DNA of 35,641 bases from Dehalococcoidia bacterium UBA2162 (GCA_002335405.1 DCWM01000056.1:1-35641); one strand, 5' to 3'. Positions 17,211-24,383 are shown, counted from the stretch's first letter. Numbers and translations are program-made. The notes: generated by a model from the sequence alone, not told the origin.

Positions 17211-18289
17211 TTATTACGATACCCAAGGAGTATTTTAACTACCTTGGATGATACATTTGTGACCAAATACTCCGCCGGCGGCGTCCATTCACGTGTTTCA
17301 TTTAGCACAACCTCTAGTGAGTTTAATATTAAATCTGGCGAAACACCGACAAGCATATTACTACCACTTTCTATAGTTTCAGGTCTCTCGGTTACATCTC
17401 TGATGGTAATATTAGGTACCTTGAAGATGCAGCATTCTTCCTGAACTGTGCCGCTGTCGGTGATAACACAGCGCGCGTTTTTTTCCAGGGAAATAAAATC
17501 GAAGAAGCCGAAGGGCTCGAGGAGATGGACGTTTTTGTTATTGATTTTCGGCCCGAATCGCTCTATCCTGTTTTTTGCCCTGGGGTGCAAACTAACGATG
17601 ACGGGGAGGGCGTATTTCTTGCTTATTTTATCTAGGGCTAGAAGCAGATTCGTCAGTCTCTCTTTGTGGTCAACGTTCTCGGCACGGTGCATAGTGACGA
17701 GGAAGTATTGACCGGCGGTTAACTTAAGAGTCGTTAGGATGGTAGATTGACAAATCTGCCGGTCATAGTGCTGGATTACTTCGTAGATGGGATTCCCCGT
17801 TACATAGATACGTTCGCCAGGGATACCTTCTTGTAGCAGGTTAGCCCGACTGCGCTCAGTGTAGGGTAGGAGCACATCGCTGCAGTGGTCGATAATACGT
17901 CGGTTAACTTCCTCCGGTACGCGGTCGTCGTAGCATCGATTACCAGCCTCCATGTGGTACACCGGGATGCCCAGCCGTTTTGCCATAATGGCGGCGAGAC
18001 TGCTGTTTGTGTCGCCCAGTACGAGGAACCGCTCCGGGGTTTCCGTTAGCATGATGGGCTCACTTTGTGCCAGAATCGTTCCGATTTGCTCACCGAAGTT
18101 ACCCCTAGCTCCCAGGTAGTGGTTAGGCTCTCGTACGCCCATCTGCTGGAAAAAAATTTTGTCCAGGTTGTAGTCATAGTTTTGTCCGGTATGAACCAAG
18201 ATTTGTTCACACAACGTATCTAGTTTTTCGATGATACGACTCAGGCGAATTATCTCCGGGCGTGTGCCCAGAACTGTCATAATCTTCAC
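17207..18289 (-). CDS. wecB: UDP-N-acetylglucosamine 2-epimerase family (non-hydrolysing WecB/FnlC type)
   Basis: KIMTVLGTRPEIIRLS, VLGDTNS, HMEAGNR and VTGNP blocks. I chose GTG 18289 because it follows AGGAGA with a 5-nt spacer and lies 17 nt after the upstream stop. The ORF-track start at 18331 would overlap the upstream gene. Confidence 0.85.
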   Translation of the reverse strand: MKIMTVLGTRPEIIRLSRIIEKLDTLCEQILVHTGQNYDYNLDKIFFQQMGVREPNHYLGARGNFGEQIGTILAQSEPIMLTETPERFLVLGDTNSSLAAIMAKRLGIPVYHMEAGNRCYDDRVPEEVNRRIIDHCSDVLLPYTERSRANLLQEGIPGERIYVTGNPIYEVIQHYDRQICQSTILTTLKLTAGQYFLVTMHRAENVDHKERLTNLLLALDKISKKYALPVIVSLHPRAKNRIERFGPKINNKNVHLLEPFGFFDFISLEKNARCVITDSGTVQEECCIFKVPNITIRDVTERPETIESGSNMLVGVSPDLILNSLEVVLNETREWTPPAEYLVTNVSSKVVKILLGYRNK

Positions 18290-18305
18290 GTATCTCTCCT
18301 CTTGC

Positions 18306-19289
18306 TCAGAGTCTACCAAGCTTATAATCAAAGCAAGCTAGTTCGGCAATCATCTCTGGTATTGAGAGTGGTTGCGAATAGCCGGCGGCTGCCCACAAGG
18401 CTTGATTCGATGGCTTGCTGGTCGTTTTTAGGGTTCGGTCAATGATAACGGTGGCCTTACCCGGCGTAATCGATATGTCTTCCCGTCGGAAATACTGGGC
18501 AAAACATTGGAGTAATTCGTATTTGGTGACTTCTCCAGCGGGCACAATATGTTGCCAATGGGGCAGATCAATATTTTGAGTAATAATGCCATGGCAGAGT
18601 TTGGCAAAATGGAGTGTGGTCACACCATTCCAACGGTGATTTATGTAGCCACTTACCGTAGTATTCTGTGGCTGACCCAAAAACCAAGCGAGTAAGAATT
18701 TGTGTTCTTTTGCCTGAATAGCATCTAGCTCGTAAGTATCGCCTGTATCAATCCAACCTAAGATTTCTCCCGGCTCGGGACCAATGATAGAACAGCGTAA
18801 GTGATGGACCTGGGGATGTGTGATTTCGCCCAGGCTCTTGGTCTTGCCGTAGGTGTCAAGGGCATCATGCGGGTCGCTTTCGAGATAGCCACCCCTACTT
18901 CCTGAATATACACAGTCGGTAGCAATCTGGATTACCTTTGCCTCGCTCTTGTGGGCTTGCTGCGCGATCTGATGAGGTAATAACGAGTTTATGAGAAGTG
19001 CCTGTTTAACTTCGGCGGCGTTATTGTCATGAATGAGTGGTTTGGTAATGCCGATGGCATTGATTACCCAGTCGTAGCCGTGAATAACACTCAGCGTTTC
19101 CCGTAACGTAGGTGAGTTAGCGTCAAAAGATAGCCAGTTTACCCCATGAAGTCGCTCTTGGTATTTTGTCGCCAGCACTTGAGTTCGGACCGTTGCGGCG
19201 ACTTCTAAAGTCGGATCGTTGGACAGATAATCCACGACCATAGAGCCCAGCATTCCCGAACCGCCGAGAACAATCACTTTCTTAGACAC
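18306..19289 (-). CDS. RmlD-like SDR (dTDP-4-dehydrorhamnose reductase family / nucleotide-sugar 4-reductase) carrying a 20-codon GT2-derived segment
   Basis: KVIVLGGSGMLGS Rossmann motif, YGKTK (YxxxK) and LRCSIIGPE...FLLAWFLGQ...WNGVTT blocks. GTG 19289 lies 25 nt after the upstream stop and follows GAGGT. Residues encoded by 18770-18711 are identical to GT2 residues 102-121. Confidence 0.75.
   Translation of the reverse strand: MSKKVIVLGGSGMLGSMVVDYLSNDPTLEVAATVRTQVLATKYQERLHGVNWLSFDANSPTLRETLSVIHGYDWVINAIGITKPLIHDNNAAEVKQALLINSLLPHQIAQQAHKSEAKVIQIATDCVYSGSRGGYLESDPHDALDTYGKTKSLGEITHPQVHHLRCSIIGPEPGEILGWIDTGDTYELDAIQAKEHKFLLAWFLGQPQNTTVSGYINHRWNGVTTLHFAKLCHGIITQNIDLPHWQHIVPAGEVTKYELLQCFAQYFRREDISITPGKATVIIDRTLKTTSKPSNQALWAAAGYSQPLSIPEMIAELACFDYKLGRL
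18711..18770. repeat. Right arm of the perfect 60-bp inverted repeat
   Basis: Exact reverse complement of 12711-12770. It is read in frame on the minus strand as GEILGWIDTGDTYELDAIQA. Confidence 0.99.
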
Positions 19290-19314
19290 TCTACCTCGCT
19301 GTCTTTCTGGTAAT

Positions 19315-19779
19315 CTAACGCTCGATGACCTGCCAGATATCCCAGTAATGGGCATCATAACGTACATCATCGCCGCGAGATTCTTCGAGCGTTGACGTCG
19401 AGAAAAAGACCAGAATCGTGCCTTCCACCAGCGTCATAAAGCCATTAGCATAGCCTGCCGGGATGTAAACGGCGGATGGTTTATTTGCCGACAGAATATA
19501 GCGGTCCACTTGGCTATTGTGAGACGGTTTTACCCAATCGTCAATCTTAACGGCTCCGATTATGGCCGCACCTCGCGAAACAGTGATGTACTTGGCTTCG
19601 AAGCGATGGGCGTGCCACGCACGAACGAAGCCAGTCTGGTGGTTGGTCACTGTATAGAAGCGTTTTATGCCACTGAAATTGAAATCGTTGATAAAACCGA
19701 CAGTTCCTCGGTCATCGACTGCCGATCCACCCTCAATGAGTCGTACGACATCTTGTCTCTTTTTATTTTGAGATGGCAT
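19315..19779 (-). CDS. RmlC-like cupin (nucleotide-sugar epimerase/ketoisomerase family)
   Basis: 154-aa protein with DDRGTVGFINDF...FVRAWHAH...KYITVSRGAAIIGAVKID, a pattern typical of small sugar-nucleotide cupin epimerases. Its exact activity (3,5-epimerase versus 3,4-ketoisomerase) is not determinable. Confidence 0.7.
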   Translation of the reverse strand: MPSQNKKRQDVVRLIEGGSAVDDRGTVGFINDFNFSGIKRFYTVTNHQTGFVRAWHAHRFEAKYITVSRGAAIIGAVKIDDWVKPSHNSQVDRYILSANKPSAVYIPAGYANGFMTLVEGTILVFFSTSTLEESRGDDVRYDAHYWDIWQVIER

Positions 19780-19780
19780 A

Positions 19781-20728
19781 TTACTTCTCCCGGATATGCG
19801 AATTGGAAATCGAAAGGAACTTTTGATTGGTATATCGGGGGTTGTCTACATCCTTCAACCGTCCGTAATCCAGGAGCGCCTTGATTTCCTCTATTCCTTC
19901 GTCAATCGAACGTGCCGGATTGAACGCTAATATGGTCTTAGCCTTGTCGCTACTTACTCGGTAGTTACGCGTGTCTTCGAATTTCCGCTCTTGCTGTTCA
20001 ATGACCAGATCAGGGAAATGACCGCGTACTTGATAGGCTAGGTCGATAATACGGATGTTTTGGTTGTGTAGGTTGAAGATACCAGTATGCTCAGTGACTA
20101 TGTTATCCACAATAGTCTGGGCGGCATCGCGTACGTGGAGTAATGGTCGGAACTGATCACCTCCGTAAACCTGAAGTTTGCCGGATTGATGTGCTTTTAC
20201 GGCGAGGGTGTTCACCACTAGGTCAAGTCGGATGCGGGAAAATAAGTCACCAACACCAAAGAGGGTACCGAGACGGAAAATGAGAGCATTGCTACCGGCT
20301 AAGTGGTGTTCGGCTTCTAATTTGGTGACGGCGTAAACTGAGAGTGGGTTAGTTGGTGCTGTTTCATCTAGAACACCGTCTCTGGCGCCATACACCGAGC
20401 AAGTAGATAGGAAAAATATACGGCCCTCAAAATTTTGCGCCAGCCACTTAATTGTTTCTTGGTTGATGTCGATGCTTACGTCTGGATTAAGAGCACAAGC
20501 TGCATCGCCGACGAGCGCTGCTAACCATATTACCACCTCAGCCCAATCCAGATGTGGCTTCAGTCTCTCTCGGTCACGCACATCTCCATAGACAAAATCT
20601 ACTGGCTTGCGGTAAGCTTCTTCGTAGAACAGCGCGTCATACACACGGATGTGGTGCTGACTCTGCAGTAGTAAATCCGTGACGGCTCCGCCTACATAAC
20701 CAGCCCCGCCAACTAGCAGGACCTTCAT
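19781..20728 (-). CDS. NAD-dependent epimerase/dehydratase family SDR
   Basis: MKVLLVGGAGYVGG Rossmann motif, STCSVYG and YAVTK (YxxxK). It is the first gene of the minus-strand string. Confidence 0.8.
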   Translation of the reverse strand: MKVLLVGGAGYVGGAVTDLLLQSQHHIRVYDALFYEEAYRKPVDFVYGDVRDRERLKPHLDWAEVVIWLAALVGDAACALNPDVSIDINQETIKWLAQNFEGRIFFLSTCSVYGARDGVLDETAPTNPLSVYAVTKLEAEHHLAGSNALIFRLGTLFGVGDLFSRIRLDLVVNTLAVKAHQSGKLQVYGGDQFRPLLHVRDAAQTIVDNIVTEHTGIFNLHNQNIRIIDLAYQVRGHFPDLVIEQQERKFEDTRNYRVSSDKAKTILAFNPARSIDEGIEEIKALLDYGRLKDVDNPRYTNQKFLSISNSHIREK

Positions 20729-20800
20729 AAAAAATTCTCCCTATCGGTAATAGTCTCCAGTTTCAACTTTCCCCAAAGTCAATAGAATCTTTCTTGCTAT

Positions 20801-20829
20801 ATCTTATCTTGTTACCTGTCCGTAGTCAA
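20801..20829 (-). promoter_or_regulatory. Candidate sigma70-type promoter for the minus-strand glycan operon
   Basis: On the minus strand: TTGACT (20829-20824), 17-nt spacer, TAAGAT (20806-20801). It lies about 70 nt upstream of the ATG at 20728. Pattern match only. Confidence 0.3.
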
Positions 20830-20863
20830 TTCCATCATGGGCGGTACTGTTCTGACGGTTGGC

Positions 20864-21490
20864 TTATTGTCTTTGTCGTTTTGGATATTGGTAGAGGTAG
20901 TAGCCGATAAGTACAATGACTAGAGTAATAATGATTGGGTCAAAGGGGCGCATCACAGTGCGTATTTGTTCCCAGTGTTCGCCCAGTTGGTAGCCGGCGT
21001 AGGCTAATCCGGTACACCAGATAAAAGAGCCAGTAAAGGTATAGATGAGAAATTTAAGAGGGTGCATTCGGGCAATTCCGGCGGGGAGACTGATAAGACT
21101 GCGGACCACCGGTAGCAGGCGGCAAATAAAGACTGCCCAGCTGCCTCTCTTCGCGAACCACTGGTCAGCTTGAGTCAGGTCAGAGCGAGAGATGAGGACA
21201 TACTTACCGTATTTCTCTAGAAGAGGGCGGCCGCCCCACACGCAGGTAATGTAGATAAGAATGGCCCCGATGGTAGAGCCCAAAGCTCCATAGCCACCAG
21301 CGACTAAAATATACGATATTGGCAGAGCCCTTTCTTTTATCAACATCCAGCCGGCAAGAGGCATCACTATTTCGCTGGGTAGGGGGACAAAGATAGTCTC
21401 GGTAGCCATGAGTGCTACGACTCCGGGCCATTGCATTGAGATGTAGATATTCTCGATGAAGTCGATGACGGCTTGTTCCGGCAACCCCAC
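20864..21490 (-). CDS. DedA-family (VTT/SNARE-associated domain) membrane protein
   Basis: ETIFVPLPSEIVMPLAGW, the ...R.LPVVRSLISLPAGIARM... block and multiple TM segments are typical of DedA. GTG start at 21490. Confidence 0.85.
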   Translation of the reverse strand: MGLPEQAVIDFIENIYISMQWPGVVALMATETIFVPLPSEIVMPLAGWMLIKERALPISYILVAGGYGALGSTIGAILIYITCVWGGRPLLEKYGKYVLISRSDLTQADQWFAKRGSWAVFICRLLPVVRSLISLPAGIARMHPLKFLIYTFTGSFIWCTGLAYAGYQLGEHWEQIRTVMRPFDPIIITLVIVLIGYYLYQYPKRQRQ

Positions 21491-21542
21491 TTTGGCAGTC
21501 TAACAAACGGGAGTAGTCGCGTCAAGCCACAACAAGTAAATC

Positions 21543-21570
21543 TTGTCTTCTACCGTACGGATAGCTATAA
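21543..21570 (+). promoter_or_regulatory. Candidate promoter giving a leaderless or near-leaderless GT2 transcript
   Basis: TTGTCT (21543-21548), 16-nt spacer, consensus TATAAT (21565-21570). The GT2 ATG at 21578 begins only 7 nt after the -10 box, and there is no SD in between. Confidence 0.3.
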
Positions 21571-21577
21571 TGTGATT

Positions 21578-22450
21578 ATGAAAATAATCGCGGCTATGCC
21601 TGCCTACAATGAAGCGAATTACATCGGTAGCGTGGTTTTGCAGGTCCGGCAGTATGCCGATGAAGTTATTGTCGCCGATGATGGCAGTAGGGATCGGACG
21701 GCTAAGATTGCTGAGCTTGCCGGGGCTACTGTTATCAGACATGAGCGAAACAAAGGCAAAGGGGCGGCTATCCGGAGTATACTAGCTGAAGTGCGGAAAA
21801 GGAATGCTGATATACTTGTGCTTCTGGATGCTGATTCCCAACACGATCCCGAAGAAATACCATTTTTTATCCGGGCAGTCTCCGAAGGTTCTGACCTCGT
21901 TATCGGTTCTAGAAAGATCGGGAGGCATAATGTTCCTCTTTACCGTAAAGTCGGGCAAAAAGTCCTATCATATTTAACCGGTGTCCTCTCGGAAGCAAAA
22001 GTTTCGGACACCGAATCCGGGTTTAGAGGGCTATCTAAGAAGGCGATATCCGTGATGCAATTTAAGGAGAGCGGATTCGCCATAGAAGCCGAGATGATAT
22101 CTGAGGCTACGTCCAAGGGGCTCAAGATTGTGGAAGTCCCAATATCAGCCATATACACGAAAGACGGTTCAACACTGAACCCGATAAGGCATGGCTTCGG
22201 TAATCTCAACCGAATAATGGTGCTGATTTCGGAGAGAAAGCCCATGCTATTCTTTGGGTTGCTTGGCAGTATTTTGATAGTACTTGGAATCATTCCCGGT
22301 ACCATAGTAGTCAAGACGTATTCCTCTTCGGGTGTGTTGCCTATGGGGACAGTACTAGTATTAATTCTCCTCATTACTATTGGGATACTGAGTGTCTCTA
22401 CGGGGATAATCTTAGGTGTGCTCGCAAAGCGGATTGGCAACCACTTATGA
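21578..22450 (+). CDS. Polyprenyl-phosphate glycosyltransferase (GT2; GtrB/DPM1/ArnC-like)
   Basis: MKIIAAMPAYNEANYIGSVV..DDGSRDRT..LDADSQHDPEEIP GT2 catalytic domain, followed by two C-terminal TM helices (MLFFGLLGSILIVLGIIPG and VLVLILLITIGILSVSTGIILGVL). This is the GtrB-type architecture. The ORF-track start at 21473 overlaps dedA and adds non-conserved residues. Confidence 0.85.
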   Translation: MKIIAAMPAYNEANYIGSVVLQVRQYADEVIVADDGSRDRTAKIAELAGATVIRHERNKGKGAAIRSILAEVRKRNADILVLLDADSQHDPEEIPFFIRAVSEGSDLVIGSRKIGRHNVPLYRKVGQKVLSYLTGVLSEAKVSDTESGFRGLSKKAISVMQFKESGFAIEAEMISEATSKGLKIVEVPISAIYTKDGSTLNPIRHGFGNLNRIMVLISERKPMLFFGLLGSILIVLGIIPGTIVVKTYSSSGVLPMGTVLVLILLITIGILSVSTGIILGVLAKRIGNHL

Positions 22451-22676
22451 TTTCGGTTGTCTCGACGAGTTGGGACTACCATGGTGTTTTGTAAATTGTT
22501 TACAGCCTGCCAAAGACGGTCTGTCACAAATCGGACATCCAAAGCGATAGACCGCGGATGCTCATTTGATAGGGGTGGGTATGGGTAAAGAGTGGTTCAT
22601 GTTGCTATATGGTAATTACACTAAATACATGGGTAGGACATAATGGTACTCAGCACTAGTTCTTGGGGCTAAATAT

Positions 22677-23339
22677 ATGTTGAATGGGCTACCACAACCC
22701 AAGAAAGCCTTAGGGGTCATACAGATTAATGAGAGACCCCTATTCCCAGTTAGTTGGTTATATAAGCAGGAGTATTGTGAATACCAAATCTACCTGGAGA
22801 ATATAGCTGGGATCAAAGTTAAACCCACCAAGCAAATGGTAGCAGGTAAGCAGGCACATGAGAACCTCTACCAAGGATTTAAGAAGGAAGCTGTCCCAGT
22901 TTCCTTTGACGGGATGCTTCTTGAGTCAAAGAAAGTTCAAATCTTTAGTCGGGAGTTATCGGTGAAGGACTTGGGGCATGGTATCTATGGTTTTATCGAT
23001 GAAGTCTTGATGACCCCTGAGACCTTTGTCGTCATAGATGATAAACCTGGTACTAAAACATACTTATCCAGTATAAATCAAGTGTTTGGTTATTGCTTAG
23101 CCTTCCAATCTGTAGTGGCACAGGATAATAGGCCGGTGGTGGCCGCATTACGTGAGAGAGGTACCGATAATATGTACTGGAGAGTGCCTTTTGATCTAGA
23201 GGCTGCAGGGTATATAACTGCCTTGATTGAACGTATTCATTTACTGCTTGTGGGAGAGTTGGAGTTTAATTCTTCCGATAACCCAAACAAGTGCCGTGCT
23301 TGCAGATTTAGAGAACGATGTGACCGTCTATGCTTATAG
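22677..23339 (+). CDS. Cas4-like PD-(D/E)XK nuclease with a 4-Cys Fe-S cluster motif (DUF83/RecB-family), stand-alone
   Basis: N-terminal Cys34 (YCEYQIYLE) and nuclease motifs GFID108...VVID121-D-K123. Q135-x3-Y139 (QVFGY) is also present. The C-terminal CRACRFRERC (C206-x2-C209-x5-C215, nt 23292-23321) completes the Cas4 signature set. Confidence 0.8.
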   Translation: MLNGLPQPKKALGVIQINERPLFPVSWLYKQEYCEYQIYLENIAGIKVKPTKQMVAGKQAHENLYQGFKKEAVPVSFDGMLLESKKVQIFSRELSVKDLGHGIYGFIDEVLMTPETFVVIDDKPGTKTYLSSINQVFGYCLAFQSVVAQDNRPVVAALRERGTDNMYWRVPFDLEAAGYITALIERIHLLLVGELEFNSSDNPNKCRACRFRERCDRLCL

Positions 23340-23552
23340 CACGTTAGGGTGGTACATGTGGGTGGTTCTATGGTTCTACTGACAAAATTTGGTAAGTCAA
23401 CGGCTCAGAGACCACAGACAGGAGTACAATAATGCTACTGAAACAATTAAGGATTGACTGGCGCACTTCAAGCTGTATAGGCGATACAGACAGATGGTTT
23501 GGGATGTTTATACCAGAACGGATTTTAGCTATCTGCTATAATGAGGTGAATT

Positions 23553-23936
23553 ATGGAAAACTTACTCAAATTATTCGAGGGTAGACTAGGTAGACTACAT
23601 TACTTCCTAGGGGTTATTTTTATTGAAGGAGTTTCGGCACTCATTTTGACTATTGCTCCTAGTATAGTTTTGTCTCTATTGCTTACTGCCTTGACTCTAC
23701 CAATAGCGGTTAGACGTATTCACGATATTGGTTTTCCAGGCTTTTGGGCAGTCGGAAGATTCTTAAGTTATTTCAGTTATTTTGGAGGAATTTATATTGC
23801 TATCGCTCTAGTCTTCGATTTATGTTTGTATATTATAAGAGGTACTCAGGGAGTAAATAAATATGGCGAGGCACCAAAGCCTGGACTTGGATTTATAGAT
23901 GCAATCTTGAACAAAACAGAAGCATCTGATGGATAG
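23553..23936 (+). CDS. DUF805-family small inner-membrane protein
   Basis: GRLGRLHYFLG, three TM segments, RRIHDIGFPGFW and the C-terminal NKYGEAP motif are typical of DUF805 (YhaH/YhaI-like). ATG follows GAGGTG. Confidence 0.8.
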   Translation: MENLLKLFEGRLGRLHYFLGVIFIEGVSALILTIAPSIVLSLLLTALTLPIAVRRIHDIGFPGFWAVGRFLSYFSYFGGIYIAIALVFDLCLYIIRGTQGVNKYGEAPKPGLGFIDAILNKTEASDG

Positions 23937-24220
23937 TGATATAGAGTAGAATCAGTACCTTAGGTGTAATGTCGGTTATTCTTGGGATGGAGTTCTGCGG
24001 TAGTTACGGAATTAGGCTAGGTTGGTTATCGGCCGCAGTGGTTTGGGCATAAATTTACCCAAGAGACATCAGCTCTTGTGGTGGAGTAAAAAGTCCGGGT
24101 ACATTGTAACGTTGCTAATCGGACGCTACGGATGGTATCTTCCTTAACGGTTATTCGGGGCATAAACACTTATTAATAATTTAGTTGGAAATAGTTTGTA
24201 ACCAGTTTGCGGTTGAATTG

Positions 24221-24297
24221 TGGCGTCCCTGGAGAGATTCGAACTCTCGACCCACTGCTTAGAAGGCAGTTGCTCTGTCCGGCTGAGCTACAGGGAC
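24221..24297 (-). tRNA. tRNA-Arg (anticodon TCT), CCA encoded
   Basis: The reverse complement folds as a cloverleaf. Acceptor stem GTCCCTG/CAGGGAC; D arm GCTC-AGCCGGACA-GAGC. Anticodon arm ACTGC-CTTCTAA-GCAGT; variable loop GGGTC. T arm GAGAG-TTCGAAT-CTCTC; discriminator G; CCA. Total 77 nt. Confidence 0.95.
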
Positions 24298-24314
24298 AAT
24301 TGGTGACTTATCCT

Positions 24315-24344
24315 AATTTAGCATGAGCCAGAATGTAGGGTCAA
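24315..24344 (-). promoter_or_regulatory. Candidate promoter for tRNA-Arg
   Basis: On the minus strand: TTGACC (24344-24339), 18-nt spacer, TAAATT (24320-24315). It lies about 17 nt upstream of the mature tRNA 5' end. Pattern match only. Confidence 0.25.
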
Positions 24345-24383
24345 CCCCGATACCAACGCTTTGTTATTCTCTAACCTTGCTGG

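Noticed and set aside
21473-21577. The N-terminal extension of the GtrB-like GT2 (ORF-track start at 21473).
   Set aside because: It overlaps the dedA start on the opposite strand and adds 35 non-conserved residues before the canonical MKIIAAMPAYNE GT2 start.
22490-22504. The perfect palindrome TGTAAA-TTG-TTTACA downstream of the GT2 gene, as a possible operator.
   Set aside because: A 6+6 inverted repeat with a short spacer is expected several times by chance in 35 kb. There is no second copy and no adjacent regulator gene.
21940-22542. A 200-aa ORF on the minus strand, antisense to the GtrB-like GT2.
   Set aside because: It lies almost entirely inside a strongly supported gene on the other strand and has no recognisable motifs. 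It is a typical antisense shadow ORF.
23432-23584. A 50-codon ORF preceded by AGGAG with a 7-nt spacer. Its N-terminus (DWRTSSCIGDTDRWF) faintly recalls the WhiB-like motif.
   Set aside because: It lacks the C-x2-C-x5-C cysteines and the C-terminal helix of Wbl proteins. It overlaps the DUF805 start in another frame, and the resemblance is too short to support a call. At most it is a relic.
24221-24297. A direct repeat of the tRNA-Arg 3' end elsewhere in the window, marking an island boundary.
   Set aside because: I could not find a second copy of the 3' 15-25 nt by eye. The only partial hit (AGATTCGAAG in tsf) is coding sequence and too short. This needs a computational search.
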